Of a stretch of DNA of 64,000 nucleotides, positions 13,780 to 25,450 are shown piece after piece. Made by a program: the position numbers and the translations under genes. Every line of letters begins with the position of its first letter. Position 1 is the stretch's first letter. The notes under the pieces are model-generated. The model ran no database searches. It saw nothing but the letters and a program-made list of their open reading frames with translations, and was not told the origin of the DNA. Source of the DNA: Trichoplax adhaerens (taxonomy: Eukaryota; Animalia; Placozoa). The DNA is taken from positions 7,510,066 through 7,574,065 of the forward strand of contig NW_002060943.1 in NCBI RefSeq assembly GCF_000150275.1, in the 5' to 3' direction.

Positions 13780-16255
13780 GTAATATTAATTTATTGTAGT
13801 AATGATATTCAGGCCTGTACACCAGTTGCTTCAACAAAGATCAGAGCTACTGTAGTACTTTGTTCACAATATTTTCCAGTTTCACAATATGTACTATGAT
13901 TTTATTCTACTTCAACTTATTCATTCCAGATAGAGTTGAAACGAGCATATTTAGGTGGAATCTGCAAAGGCCACTTACTATAATATTAATTTATTATAGT
14001 ATTGATACTTAGACCTGTATACCAGTTGCTCCAACAAAGATCAGAGCTACTGCAGTACTTTGTTTACAGTGCTTTCCAGCTTCATAATATGTTCTACGAT
14101 ATTATTCTACTTCAATTTTGCCATTCCAAATTGAGTTCAAAAGAGCATATTTAGATGGAAGCTACAAAGGCCACTCACTATAATATTAATTTATTGTAGT
14201 ATAGATACTTGTAATAAAAGTGTCTCACAATAACTGTCTTAGGCAAATGGTATTTTGTAAAAGGTTTTTATTACAAAGTTTTAGGACTAGTAGAGCAATC
14301 ATTCATTACTACAAGAATCTAGTCTAAAATCGAAAGTATTCCGAGCTCATAGTGAAGTCTCTTCTCCCTGTGAGCTCATCTCTGCAGTTCATTCAATCCA
14401 TTTATGACAACTTGATTAATCTACAATCAGACATGAGTTATCAAACAAAATACTTTTCTCAAATAGTACATCATTCTACTCAAGATGTCACTACTCTTCT
14501 ATTAACGTCTAGGCTCTTTCTCCGAAGGGCATCTGAACAACTACAGTGTTTCTAGCTACATCAATCATGTACCATAATTAGTCAACTGGCTACTATTAGT
14601 CATCAACAATTTCTAATATAGTAGTTAGCAATCATGTAATATTAGCTTGACTTAATATCTATTCAGAGTAACCTAACGATATCAAATATAGCTATGCTTA
14701 TAATCAAATATGGGTGCATCACTACAATACTTAGTTAGACCTGGACACTGGTTGCTCCAACAAAGATCACAGCTACTGCACCACTCACTATAATAATTTA
14801 TTGCAGTACAGTATTGATATACAAACCTGTACACCAGTTGTTCCAATAAAGATCACAGCTACTGCAATGCTCTATTCGCAGTGCCTTTCAGCTTGATATT
14901 ATGTTCTACGACATTATTTTACTGCAATTGAGTTATTCCAAATCGAGTTCAAACAAGCACATTTAGGTGGAAGTCGCAAAGGCCACTCACTATAATATTA
15001 ATTTATTGTAGTGCAGTGTTGATACTCAGACCTGTACACCAGTGGCTCTCACAAAGATCACAGCTACTGCAATACTTTATTCACAGTGCCTTTCAGCCTC
15101 ACGATATGTTCTACGACATTATTTTACTGCAATTGAATTCAAACGAGCAAATCCAGGTAGAAGTCGCAAAGGCCACTCACTATAATAATTTATTGCAGTA
15201 CAGTATTGATATACAAACCTGTACACCAGTTGTTCCAACAAAGATCACAGCTACTGCAATGCTTTATTCGCAGTGCTTTTCAGCTTGATATTATGTTCTA
15301 CGACATTATTTTACTGCAATTGAGTTATTCCAAATCGAGTTCAAACGAGCACATCTAGGTGGAAGTCGCAAAGGCCACTCACTATAATATTAATTTATTG
15401 TAGTGCAGTGTTGATACTCAGACCTGTACACCAGTTGCTCCAACAAAGATCACAGCTACTGCAATGCTTTATTCACAGTACTTTTCAGCTTGATATTATG
15501 TTCTACGACATTATTTTATTGCAATTGAGTTATTCCAAATCGAGTTCAAACGAGCATATCTAGGTGGAAGTCGCAAAGGCCACTCACTATAATATTAATT
15601 TATTGTAGTGCAGCGTTGATACTCAGACCTGTATACCAGTGGCTCCCACAAAGATCACAGCAGCTGCAATACTTTATTCACAGTGCCTTTCAGCTTCACA
15701 ATATGTTCTACGACATTATTTTATTGCAATTGAGTTATTCCAAATGGAGTTCAAACGAGCTAATCCAGGTGGAAGTCGCAAAGGCTACTCACTATAATAT
15801 TAATTTATTGTAGTGCAGTGTTGATACTCAGACCTGTACACCAGTGGCTCTCACAAAGATCACAGCTACTGCAATACTTAATTCACAGTGCCTTCCAGCT
15901 TCACAATATGTTCTACGACATTATTTTACTGCAATTGAATCATTCCAAATGGAGTTCAAACGAGCTAATCCAGGTGGAAGTCGCAAAGGCTACTCACTAT
16001 AATAATGTTAATTTATTGCAGTGCAATATTGATACTCAAACCTGTACACCGGTTGCTCCAACAAAGACCACAGCTACTGCAATACTTGTTGACAGTGCCT
16101 TTCAGCTTGATAATATATTCTACGACATTATTTTACTGCAATTGAGTTATTCCAAATCGAGTGGCAATGAGCAACTCCAGGTCGAGGTAGAAGGACTTAA
16201 GTGGATCAAGGTGCTAAGGCCGCTTCGCCACTGTACTGATACTCAAACCTATGAA
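13780..16255. repeat. Satellite, ~200-bp unit, ~10 copies, interrupted by the 14210-14726 insertion
   Basis: The unit gacctgtacaccag...caaagatcacagctactgca...gttctacgacattatt...gcaaaggccactcactataat repeats with periods of ~187-209 bp, plus one ~88-bp truncated unit. Confidence 0.92.
14210..14726. mobile_element. Putative solo LTR (517 bp, TGTA...TACA) with 5-bp target-site duplication ATACT
   Basis: It interrupts a satellite unit at gatact|tagacc. ATACT lies at 14205-14209 and 14727-14731. The termini are TGTAAT...ACTACA. Confidence 0.7.
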
Positions 16256-17043
16256 GTATAATGTTGATATTGCGTCCAAACATACCATACTGTACAATGC
16301 ATTATAGTGTGGTAATCCATGATAAATAATCATACTATAGGACTAAAAAGACAAGCGATCGATTTGTGTACCGTGAATCGTATCGACTATCGATACTCAA
16401 ACATGGCCTACGAAAAAGGAATTACACTAAGAGCGAAGTAATTAAAGCCATACTGTGCCGATGGTAGAAATGACGATAGTCATACAGTAGTAAGCTAACT
16501 GTCGCTAACAAGCGATGGCGGCAAGCTAAAATCCTAGATGCCGATGGAAGAGTCGCAGCGCAGCAGCATCGAATGATGGACGACTAGCCGCAGGAATCAT
16601 TTTAAATTTTTACTCATTCCTATCTTCTAGCGCCATGTTGTAGACTGTTGGATCGCTGTCTACTATCGTTTAGCTCTTAAGATTACTTAGCTGATATGAA
16701 GATAATGTTATTATCATCAACAGGATTGAAATTGACATTGCCAAGCTAGACTGTCTAGTAGGATTGACGCCATTACCTGTTCTCATTCTTCTCTATCGAT
16801 TTCTTCATTTTCGCCATTCCACATCAATCTCATACGAGCTTTGTGCAGATAAATGCGATTGGTGGATGGTCAACTAGAGTAGAGAAAGGAATTCTTGTAC
16901 TTGGAATAACAGGAAACTATACAGTACAGTGTAAAAGAGATAGGAATAGTCTCTCAGTGGTGATCCTAGATACTCATTCTATCTGTGGTGTGTGTGTGTT
17001 TGGACTTTGCAATTGAAAACTTGCCTCTATCCGACAATCCATC

Positions 17044-20000
17044 ATGGCTTACGTTATTGCTTTAACAAGCGGTGGAGGAGTTCCTCTCTTTACTCGTACT
17101 ATTGGCGATTATGAAGCGGTATGTACGTAGAATTGTATTGAACATGTAATATTAGCCGTGTTTATGCGTTATTTCAAAATTATTACCGAATTTGCTAAGC
17201 TATTCAACTATCTTAAATCAATGTATCCATTGAGATTGTGATGGAATCAATTTCACATCAATTCATCTTACCGGATCATGAACTAAAAAAACATAGTGGA
17301 TAGTGAATAAGTTTAGCAATACAGGCGATTGTTCCCGATAGATAGTTTAAATACATATTCCTAAAGGTCTTAAGACTGTTGCCTAGAAAGTCTACGTAGG
17401 GGCCTCCATTCTGTGACATCTCACTTTTCACTCAATCATGTAACCGATTAATTTGATCATTCTTGATTGATGTTAGCTCCCTTTTCCAACTGTTGGCTCG
17501 TTGAATGGCGTACATATGTTTACAGAAACTCATGGAGCAAAATTACTCAGTACACGAACACAAAATGCAAAGATCGTATGGCAAGTTTTCAATGACAGGT
17601 TATATTAAGCGGCTAGCGTTAATTAGTCATTATAATCATTCTAAACTTGTTGAAATAACCAATGATTCGCCTAGGTAATGCTTCAATTTTATCTATCCCC
17701 TGACAGCATTACAATAATTATTGTAACGGTCGATGATGGTGCCAGCGATGTTCACTTGAAAACGTTATTACAATTTATTTATAACGCTATGGTAAGTCAT
17801 TGGTGATGCATCTAATTGAACGGATTTCAACATCAACAATAAACAAGGATGAGCATCAATCATCCAATAGACGATATACGAGTATGAATTATTGATAAAC
17901 TTGGCTATGAGCTATAGCTATCTCTTACTCTATATAATTGTAAAGATCTGTTCAGTTTTAAAATCCATAATGATCGACTTCTCCTTTCGTAAATTACGTC
18001 TTATTGCAAGACTTTACTATAGTAAAGTGTAATTAACCTTGAGTAATCTTAGTTTTGCATTTCTGGTTCATCACCTCCATTGCTACATTGGTCCATTTTT
18101 TCTTCGTCAATGCAGCATCCTATATCGATAGCTTACAATCTAGTCAATCAGAGTAGTGATTTTTAATATTGACATTAGCTGTGCATTTTCTAATCCGCCA
18201 CTATTCCCTATTATTTATGATCTATACAACCATGGATACTCACTCATAGATTCTCTTTTTGGGAGAGAATGAACTTAAATCACTTAGAAATGTCGAACGA
18301 CTAAAGAAAGAGCTAAAAGTAGGGATATATCGCAATCATGAAATGCAAATGAATGTCTAATTTTGCTATTAATCAAACTAATGTATATTTTAATCGTATT
18401 TATAGAGTATTTATTTCCTGATTGATAAACTGCTTGAAGAAAGTCTATTAATCGGTCATATAACTGGCTGCTTGGATACTACTGCTTTTACAGATATTGA
18501 TGTTCTTCAAGTACATAGTTATTAGATAGTAATGATATCGATAAATGAAAAATTTTAAAATTCACTTAACACTCATTGTGGTTGCATTTCTTCAGTAATT
18601 TTAAGCTTTACTCCATGACATTGATGGTATTATCTATCGTTAGGATTGTTTGGAAGCCTTTGTTGGATGGTGTAATACTGAATTTGGATGCGTATTAATC
18701 AATGGTAAATTGGCTGCTTCAACGACACGCTGGTAGGTACCTGCGTCTAATTTTATCTTGAATATTTAACTTGAGCTTAATGATATATTTTATTGCATCT
18801 GGATAAAGTGCATATGAATATACTGTATGTGTATATCTCCATATTCTGAAAATGTTATTTTTATGAAAAAAATAAGGTATTTATCGTTTGTTGATATATT
18901 TCAATAGGTGGAACTTACCGTCTACAGATTCGATCCTATTGTCGCTATTAATTTCCGCTATGGTGCATTCAGCTTCCAAAGATATCGCTATTTATTTACC
19001 GGCTACTTTTCCAGATGTACTGTATTATTTAGCGATAATTACATTTTGCGCAGCAGATACTACAATATTGTTATTCAATACATCTAATAATCTTAAATAA
19101 AATGGTTGTAGGTACCTCATCGCCTGATGACATTTCAGGTAATGTCTCTAAGCTTTTTGATCAAATTTATCACATTACCTTTATTATTGCTACGACATTA
19201 AGGAGACTAATGCTATGTAAATTTCATAGATTCTAGATGGGGTTGAGGTATGCGTCCTTTGTGGATCAACACCGTCACATAATGAAGTCTTACAAAATGT
19301 ATGTAATAGCATTAAATAGGACAGATCAATAACGTATGGTACTTACTGTTGTCGATGAATATTTGCAGCAAATTTTAGATTCATATTGGAGAAGTTGTAT
19401 CGATATTTTAAAAAATGATATGCGTAATGCACCAAAAGTTCTTCCACCTTCCATAACTCTCGATTTTGGAATACTTGGGTAGGATTAAGCCCTGAAAATA
19501 GCAAGAAAGTCAAATTTTGTAAAATTATTATTTTTTGTTATTAAACCTTGAAACTAATGCTATGGGTGTTATTCAACGATGCTTTCAGATTTATTCTTCT
19601 AAACCAAAACAGCCGTAAATGTCTAGCAACCTTTGTCAGAGCTCTCTCTAATTTTACTGGAATAGATGATTCAGCCGCAATCGGTAAGTATAACCTAATA
19701 CGCTTATTCTCTGCTGGTCATTGAAATGAGCAAAAACATTGAATTATTCTAGAGTAAGATATTTTGATCCCTTTAACTCTTGTTTATTATTTCACTTAGT
19801 ACCTGGCAATTCAATTACAGCAGAACTACAGTGTAGGAATACTTTGGTCTCTTTTTATAAATCTGTCGTAGATACGTTATTTCCCGTTGTAAATAAATGC
19901 TATACAACAGGTTTGGAACTACTTAGTAACATCCTTATGTAATAATCTGTTTTGCGTTATTGAATTAGTTATGGTTGTAGCTTATTTCGGCTTTATTTGT

Positions 20001-20372
20001 TATATTGTTATTGACTTGTGTATATATCAAACTTTGATGATGCTATCAATAACGACATTATAAAGTACTGAATTGATACCCGTATCATTTTTCATCAAGA
20101 CATGGACGAAAATATCATTGATGAAGATAATACTCCAGTAGAGACTTATATGTGCTCGGATGAATATAAATTGCATGCTTTACATAAAAAAAATTACCAG
20201 TGCTTCATCATGTTTTCTAAAGATGTTCCTGTCTATGCTTTGAGGTACGACAAGTGAGAGGTATATTGAATTGTAGTGTAATGATTTACATATTTAATTT
20301 TTGAGTTTTTTTTGTTACAGTCAAATATCTTCAAGGACTTTAGAACAACTATGTCAAGATGGCATCATTTAG
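17044..20372 (+). CDS. FUZ: Fuzzy planar cell polarity / CPLANE protein, 14 exons (e.g. 17044-17118, 17477-17598, 17707-17791, 18250-18318, 18406-18510, 18644-18732, 19112-19138, last 20321-20372)
   Basis: The spliced product reads MAYVIALTSGGGVPLFTR..LPFPTVGSLNGVHMF..RNVERLKKELK..DIAIYLP..VPHRLMTFQILDGVEVCVLCGSTPS, matching Fuzzy motifs. All introns are GT-AG and frame-consistent. Confidence 0.9.
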
Positions 20373-21982
20373 AATACTGTTGAATTTGAACTTCTTTAAT
20401 ATCAAAATGAAATGATTAGCTTTTTTAGTTTTTTATTAATTTATGCAACAATATTTCAAATTTTTGAATTAGATTCAATAATGGATATACGTGTATGGAA
20501 TGAATGATCTTATACAATTTGAATTAATTAGTAAATTTTATTTCATATTCCTTTATAACACTGTCTCTGTCGTATGTTTACTGTAAAATATATGGAATTA
20601 TCAGATATGAACTTTCATGCAGTAGGAATTACACGTATAGCCGTTCATTAACTAGTTACCTCCATTTCTGAAATTATTTAAAAACTATTTTTGTTGTTTT
20701 TTTCATAATGAAGAAATATCACTGTAATCTAAAGATAGTAAAAAATTGCTATTGCATCAATATTGAAGTAGATTAAATTTTATAATTTACTTACTTGTTA
20801 TCATCTATAATTATATTTGTTAAAGAAGGAATGATAGCTTATTCTAGCTGTTTTGTATTAAAATAGCCCATCATATTCTACCTTAATTTAAACTGGATAC
20901 TGTAGTAAACGAAAAAGCTTTAAAATCTAATACAATTAAAACTAACTGTAACAATAGTCGAATATTACTATATTTGTAGAAAGTTGTGCATTCGAGATGT
21001 CCAAAATAGTAGAAGTACACTGCCATCTTTACCAATTTGCGTAGTTTGTGTTCTTTCTTGCTGTACTGTATTTTATTAAGGCAACTTTTTTATTTTTGGT
21101 ATTGATATTTTGTCGCGTAAATAAATGTAGTCAATATGTCCAACAGGCAGTAAAATAAACTAGGATTCATTGTTAACACGTTCGTAAAAATATCAATTGC
21201 TTATTCCATTATAATGCACAGATCAGTTTTATCTAGCACATGTTATATGGATATACAGTATCTTAAATTTAATACATGGGTAGAAATGAACATGTTAGTG
21301 CGAGCAGAAAACATGAATGTAAGAGCTTTATAGACGTAATGGTAACGTCTACTTTAAAAATTAGTGATAAATATCGAGTTTAGACGTACATGTTTGTGAA
21401 CGGTTCTATTTTTACATTTGAGCATAATGATAATCATAATACAGTATGCGAGTCTTCTTTCATATAAAGAATTTGACACAACGATTCTTATTTACAGTAC
21501 AGTATATAAAATGTTATGAATAAAAGCAACATATCAGGTGATGGAGTTGGTGTCAATACCAATGCAATACATCTTCGAATTTCATATGATGCAATAGGTC
21601 CACGAGCAAGTGCGACTTACTAGCACGGATAGAATGAGGATAGATAAAAAGAGGGTCGTACGTAAAATTTATTTTTGTCGGATGGGGCGAAACTTGATAT
21701 ACGCGTATTTAGCATAGGTTAGTGCGAATAATCAAGTATAAATTAATTTAAACATTTCAGTTGAATGTTTAATCGATTGTTATTAAAACTGTATCATACT
21801 ACAGTGATAATATAATTAACTTGTTTGAACGTGTGCTTAATTAACGTTTATCTTATAAAATTTATGGCCAATAATTAGACCACGAGGAACAGGTCCATAG
21901 GATCTAGAATCATACGTGCCTTCATCGCTTTGTAACCAAACATGTCCAGGAGGTACCTAATTATTTATGATATTGCACAATT

Positions 21983-22100
21983 CGCTAAGTACTGATATAA
22001 GAACTAGCACTGCGTAATTCTACGATTTCTATATAAGTATAGCTAAGTTCTGATATAAGAACTAACACTGTGTAATTCTACGATTTCTATATAAGCATAG
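21983..22100. repeat. Tandem duplication, ~58 bp x2
   Basis: gctaagt.ctgatataagaacta.cactg.gtaattctacgatttctatataag occurs twice. Confidence 0.85.
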
Positions 22101-24278
22101 CATAACAGCAGTGTAAGGTTTTTTATAAAGGATTCAACAAATTTACGTTGTCCATCATAGTAAATAAGGAGAGGTGCGCGATACAGGATTTAAGTTGTAA
22201 ATACTAAACTAGGAAATTAAAGTATTCTATAACATCAATTTAATATGATTCATCCATTTTTGCAAGACACGTGCAAAATACCGGTTGGATAATAAAAAAT
22301 GCAGAAATTACGGTTATACAATGTAGCTTGATAACTTACAAATTTAACTTCAGTTTCAGGTAAATTAGGATCATTAACACGTATGAAATCGCCCTCCTAA
22401 TACAATAATTTTATACATATTTGTATTATGGTTCTACGATCAGATAGAACGCAAGCGCTTCATTATTAACCAACTGCAGTCTAATACTGATGCATTTTTA
22501 CTAGTATCTATAGAGGAGTTTAATTATTTCAGAATGATAAAATTCAGTTTAAGGTTTGCTATCACGTGTAAGTGATGGTATACAGAAGCTATGTATTATA
22601 ACATATTAGTGTAAAAGCTAGATTTTTTCAAAATTCAACTATGAAACGGCTACTATACGCGTATGTATTTTATCTTTTCTTTTCAAATTAGCAAATTCTA
22701 TCAAGACCTACCAGCCCATATATTTTACTGTCTTCGAACTTGTTTGGATCGGTTACACTTCGTATGACGATAGAATCACCTCTGTTGTGGTAAACAAGCA
22801 ATAAGTTCATCAGATAATTAGTCATTGAAATAGTCATTGCAAAGTATAATTTTTAAATTCAGAAGAGCATACACTTTACACAATTTTACTTTTTTACTTA
22901 TAACGAACGATCTACTGTATATTGACGACTGCTGGTTAAAATTATAGGAACAGGTTCTTTTTTAATTTGTATGGTTCAAACAATCGATGTATCAATCATC
23001 CATTCCTGATATATCAGTTCTATTGATTGTAAAAAATAAAAATTGATGCTAGGTAGTCGTGATTAGGCCAGATCGCTTAGCAAGGTCGGACAAGGATTAG
23101 AACGGATCAGATTGAATAGAAGGTGAATATTCGCACAGTAAGGCTAAAAAGGGAATATGAATGTATGAAATGGTAGCAAGTACGCGTATGAATAGGCGAT
23201 GCGTATACTGCCGATTTTGTATAGCCAATCTCGTCCGCCATCAGTCTGCCTAGAACACTTTTTCTCAAGTTTACTAATCTACAGTATGAATATTAGCAAG
23301 TATGAGCAAGAGATTTGCACACTATACTGTCTATGCAATGTCATTCACTATCAGAATTTGCCTACAACACTTGTTCTCAAGATTACTCATTTGATGGTGG
23401 TATAGAACACTTTTTCTATAGCAAGTACGAGCAAGAGATTTGCATACTATACTGTCTATCTTACTTTGATGCTGGTACGTATACGTAGTCTGTACGTTGC
23501 ATTAATTAATTAAAATATCATTTTTCATTTGTCTATGAATTGATTAATTATTAGATTATCATGACTAACACTTGTAATTGTTGAATTCGTTGTCTAAGTC
23601 GATTAACCAATACAAGTGAATGTTTGGTGTTGATCTTTTGTTGATTTTCAGCACGGATACCACGTTGAATACACTAGAGCAGAAAGAAAGAGCAATGATT
23701 GTCAAAGTTGTTGATTTGTAGAGACGAAAGGTTGGTTGATTTAGAATGGAATGTCCATTTCCAGTTTAGGCTATTACAAATTGACTGGGATAGAATGTGT
23801 TGGGAAGCAATATTGATAAGATGCTGGTTTTTCTAGTACTGTACAATGCTACTGATTAGTCTACAGCAGAAATGGTAGAGAATTCGTCGACACTATTCTA
23901 CTATGGCGTCCATCTTGTCCTAAAGTAGTATTTATCAATGTCTTTTGACATGGAGTGATTGATGGACGATACAAAATGACTAGCTGGCAACCATGATTGC
24001 AATGCTACTCGCTATCATCCTATACTATCTACACTATCTATGCAATCCAAATGTCCATGGTAACACAACTAACCCAGACCGGCCTGAGCAGGAATTCCGA
24101 GGTGATGTAGAGACCACAATAACATTGAATCGCCGTCATTGCGACTCGCCGAATAGGTTGTAACATACTTGCCAAGAGTAGGTGAAGATGATAACCGTTT
24201 CGAGATGATTCCACAGTCTCATTTAACTAGACATCGTTGCAAAGGAATTGGCCGAGAGAAGACGATACGAGCGTAATA

Positions 24279-24746
24279 GATTGACTGACGACGCAATGAT
24301 CAGCCCCACTTTGACTTCAATAATTCAAGTCGAGGACGAAACACCAAGGTAAAATGGATTGACTGACGACGCAATGATCAGCCCCACTTTTGACTTTGAT
24401 CTAGTTGAGGACGAAATACCGGGGGTAAAATGGATTGACTGACGACGCAATGATCAGCCCCACTTTTGGCTTTAATAATTCAAGTCGAGGACGAAACACC
24501 GGGGTAAAATGGATTGACTAACGACGCAATGATCAGCTCCACTTTTGGCTTGAATAATTCAAGTTGAGGACGAAACATCGGGGTAAAATGGATTGACTAA
24601 CGACGCAATGATCAGCCCCACTTTTGACTTTGATCTAGTTGAGGACGAAACACCGGGGTAAAATGGATTGACTAACGATGCAATGATCAGCTCCACTTTT
24701 GGCTTGAATAATTCAAATTGAGGACGAAACACCGGGGTAAAATGGA
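24279..24746. repeat. Minisatellite, 75-79-bp unit x6, two unit types in the order A-B-A-A-B-A
   Basis: Units start at 24279, 24357, 24433, 24512, 24591 and 24666 (gattgact.acgacgcaatgatcagc...gaggacgaaacaccggggtaaaatg). Confidence 0.95.
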
Positions 24747-24762
24747 GAGGACTTTTTGGAGC

Positions 24763-24990
24763 TACTGTACTGTACAGGGTATTGTACTGTAGGTAGTACA
24801 GTATACTGTACTGTACACTACAGTACAGTAAGTATGTACTGTACACTGTACACTGTACCGTACATTAGGGTGAAACAGGCCATTATAAGATCTTGATGGT
24901 CTGGTCCGCGCTGATCCGGTCTGCGCCGATCTGTACTGATCCAACCTGGTCTGGTCTGGTCCGGCCGGACCCAGGTCCAGGTCTGTACAA
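24763..24990. repeat. Low-complexity pentamer tracts (TACTG/TACAG, then CTGGT/CCGGT)
   Basis: Directly visible in the sequence. Confidence 0.75.
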
Positions 24991-25313
24991 TCCATCGAGT
25001 TTGGAAAAAAACTTCCAGTGCTAACTTAACTGAATTACACCCAAGTAAAGCTCGTATGGTAGAATCGAATGGAAAGATGGACCTACAGCCTACCCTACAG
25101 TAGTCTACAGTGCTGTATGTCCATGGCTGACTCCATCAATGCGCTGTTAACCCGCGGGTTTTGGGGCCAATTACTTTCTTTCACTGGCTGAGTCTAGAGT
25201 CTGCCAACGTAGCCTAGTGTACCTCCTGGACTAAGGCTGCCGTCATACAAAGTAGTCAAGCTGGGTGCCATGAACCGGTAACAGCACTCTAGACCTCTTG
25301 CAGTACAGTACAG

Positions 25314-25390
25314 GACTGTAGACTGTACAGTCTACAGTCTTTTCCCCATCGCAGTACAATCTCTACTCCGACTGCGCAGTCGGAGTAGAG
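25314..25390. promoter_or_regulatory. Two perfect palindromes (26 bp and 30 bp) just upstream of the FGFR1OP2 ATG
   Basis: GACTGTAGACTGTACAGTCTACAGTC (25314-25339) and CTCTACTCCGACTGCGCAGTCGGAGTAGAG (25361-25390) each equal their own reverse complement. A regulatory role is inferred from position only. Confidence 0.55.
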
Positions 25391-25450
25391 TCGGTACTAG
25401 GCGGAGGAGTGTGAGTGAGTGTGCGAGTACTGCAGGCTCAAGTTGTGAGA

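Noticed and set aside
15016-16261. ORFs of 65-147 aa (MLILRPVHQW...)
   Set aside because: Translations of the ~200-bp satellite with frameshifts and stops between units.
20400-24250. Possible additional gene between FUZ and FGFR1OP2
   Set aside because: I could not assemble a coherent spliced reading frame or recognisable protein motif on either strand.
24279-24746. Canonical hammerhead ribozyme (CTGACGA...GGACGAAAC) or CRISPR array
   Set aside because: Stem II cannot form directly after CUGACGA (C opposite C), no stem III/UH cleavage triplet follows GAAAC, and CTGA becomes CTAA in units 4-6. There are no unique spacers or cas genes, and the context is eukaryotic.
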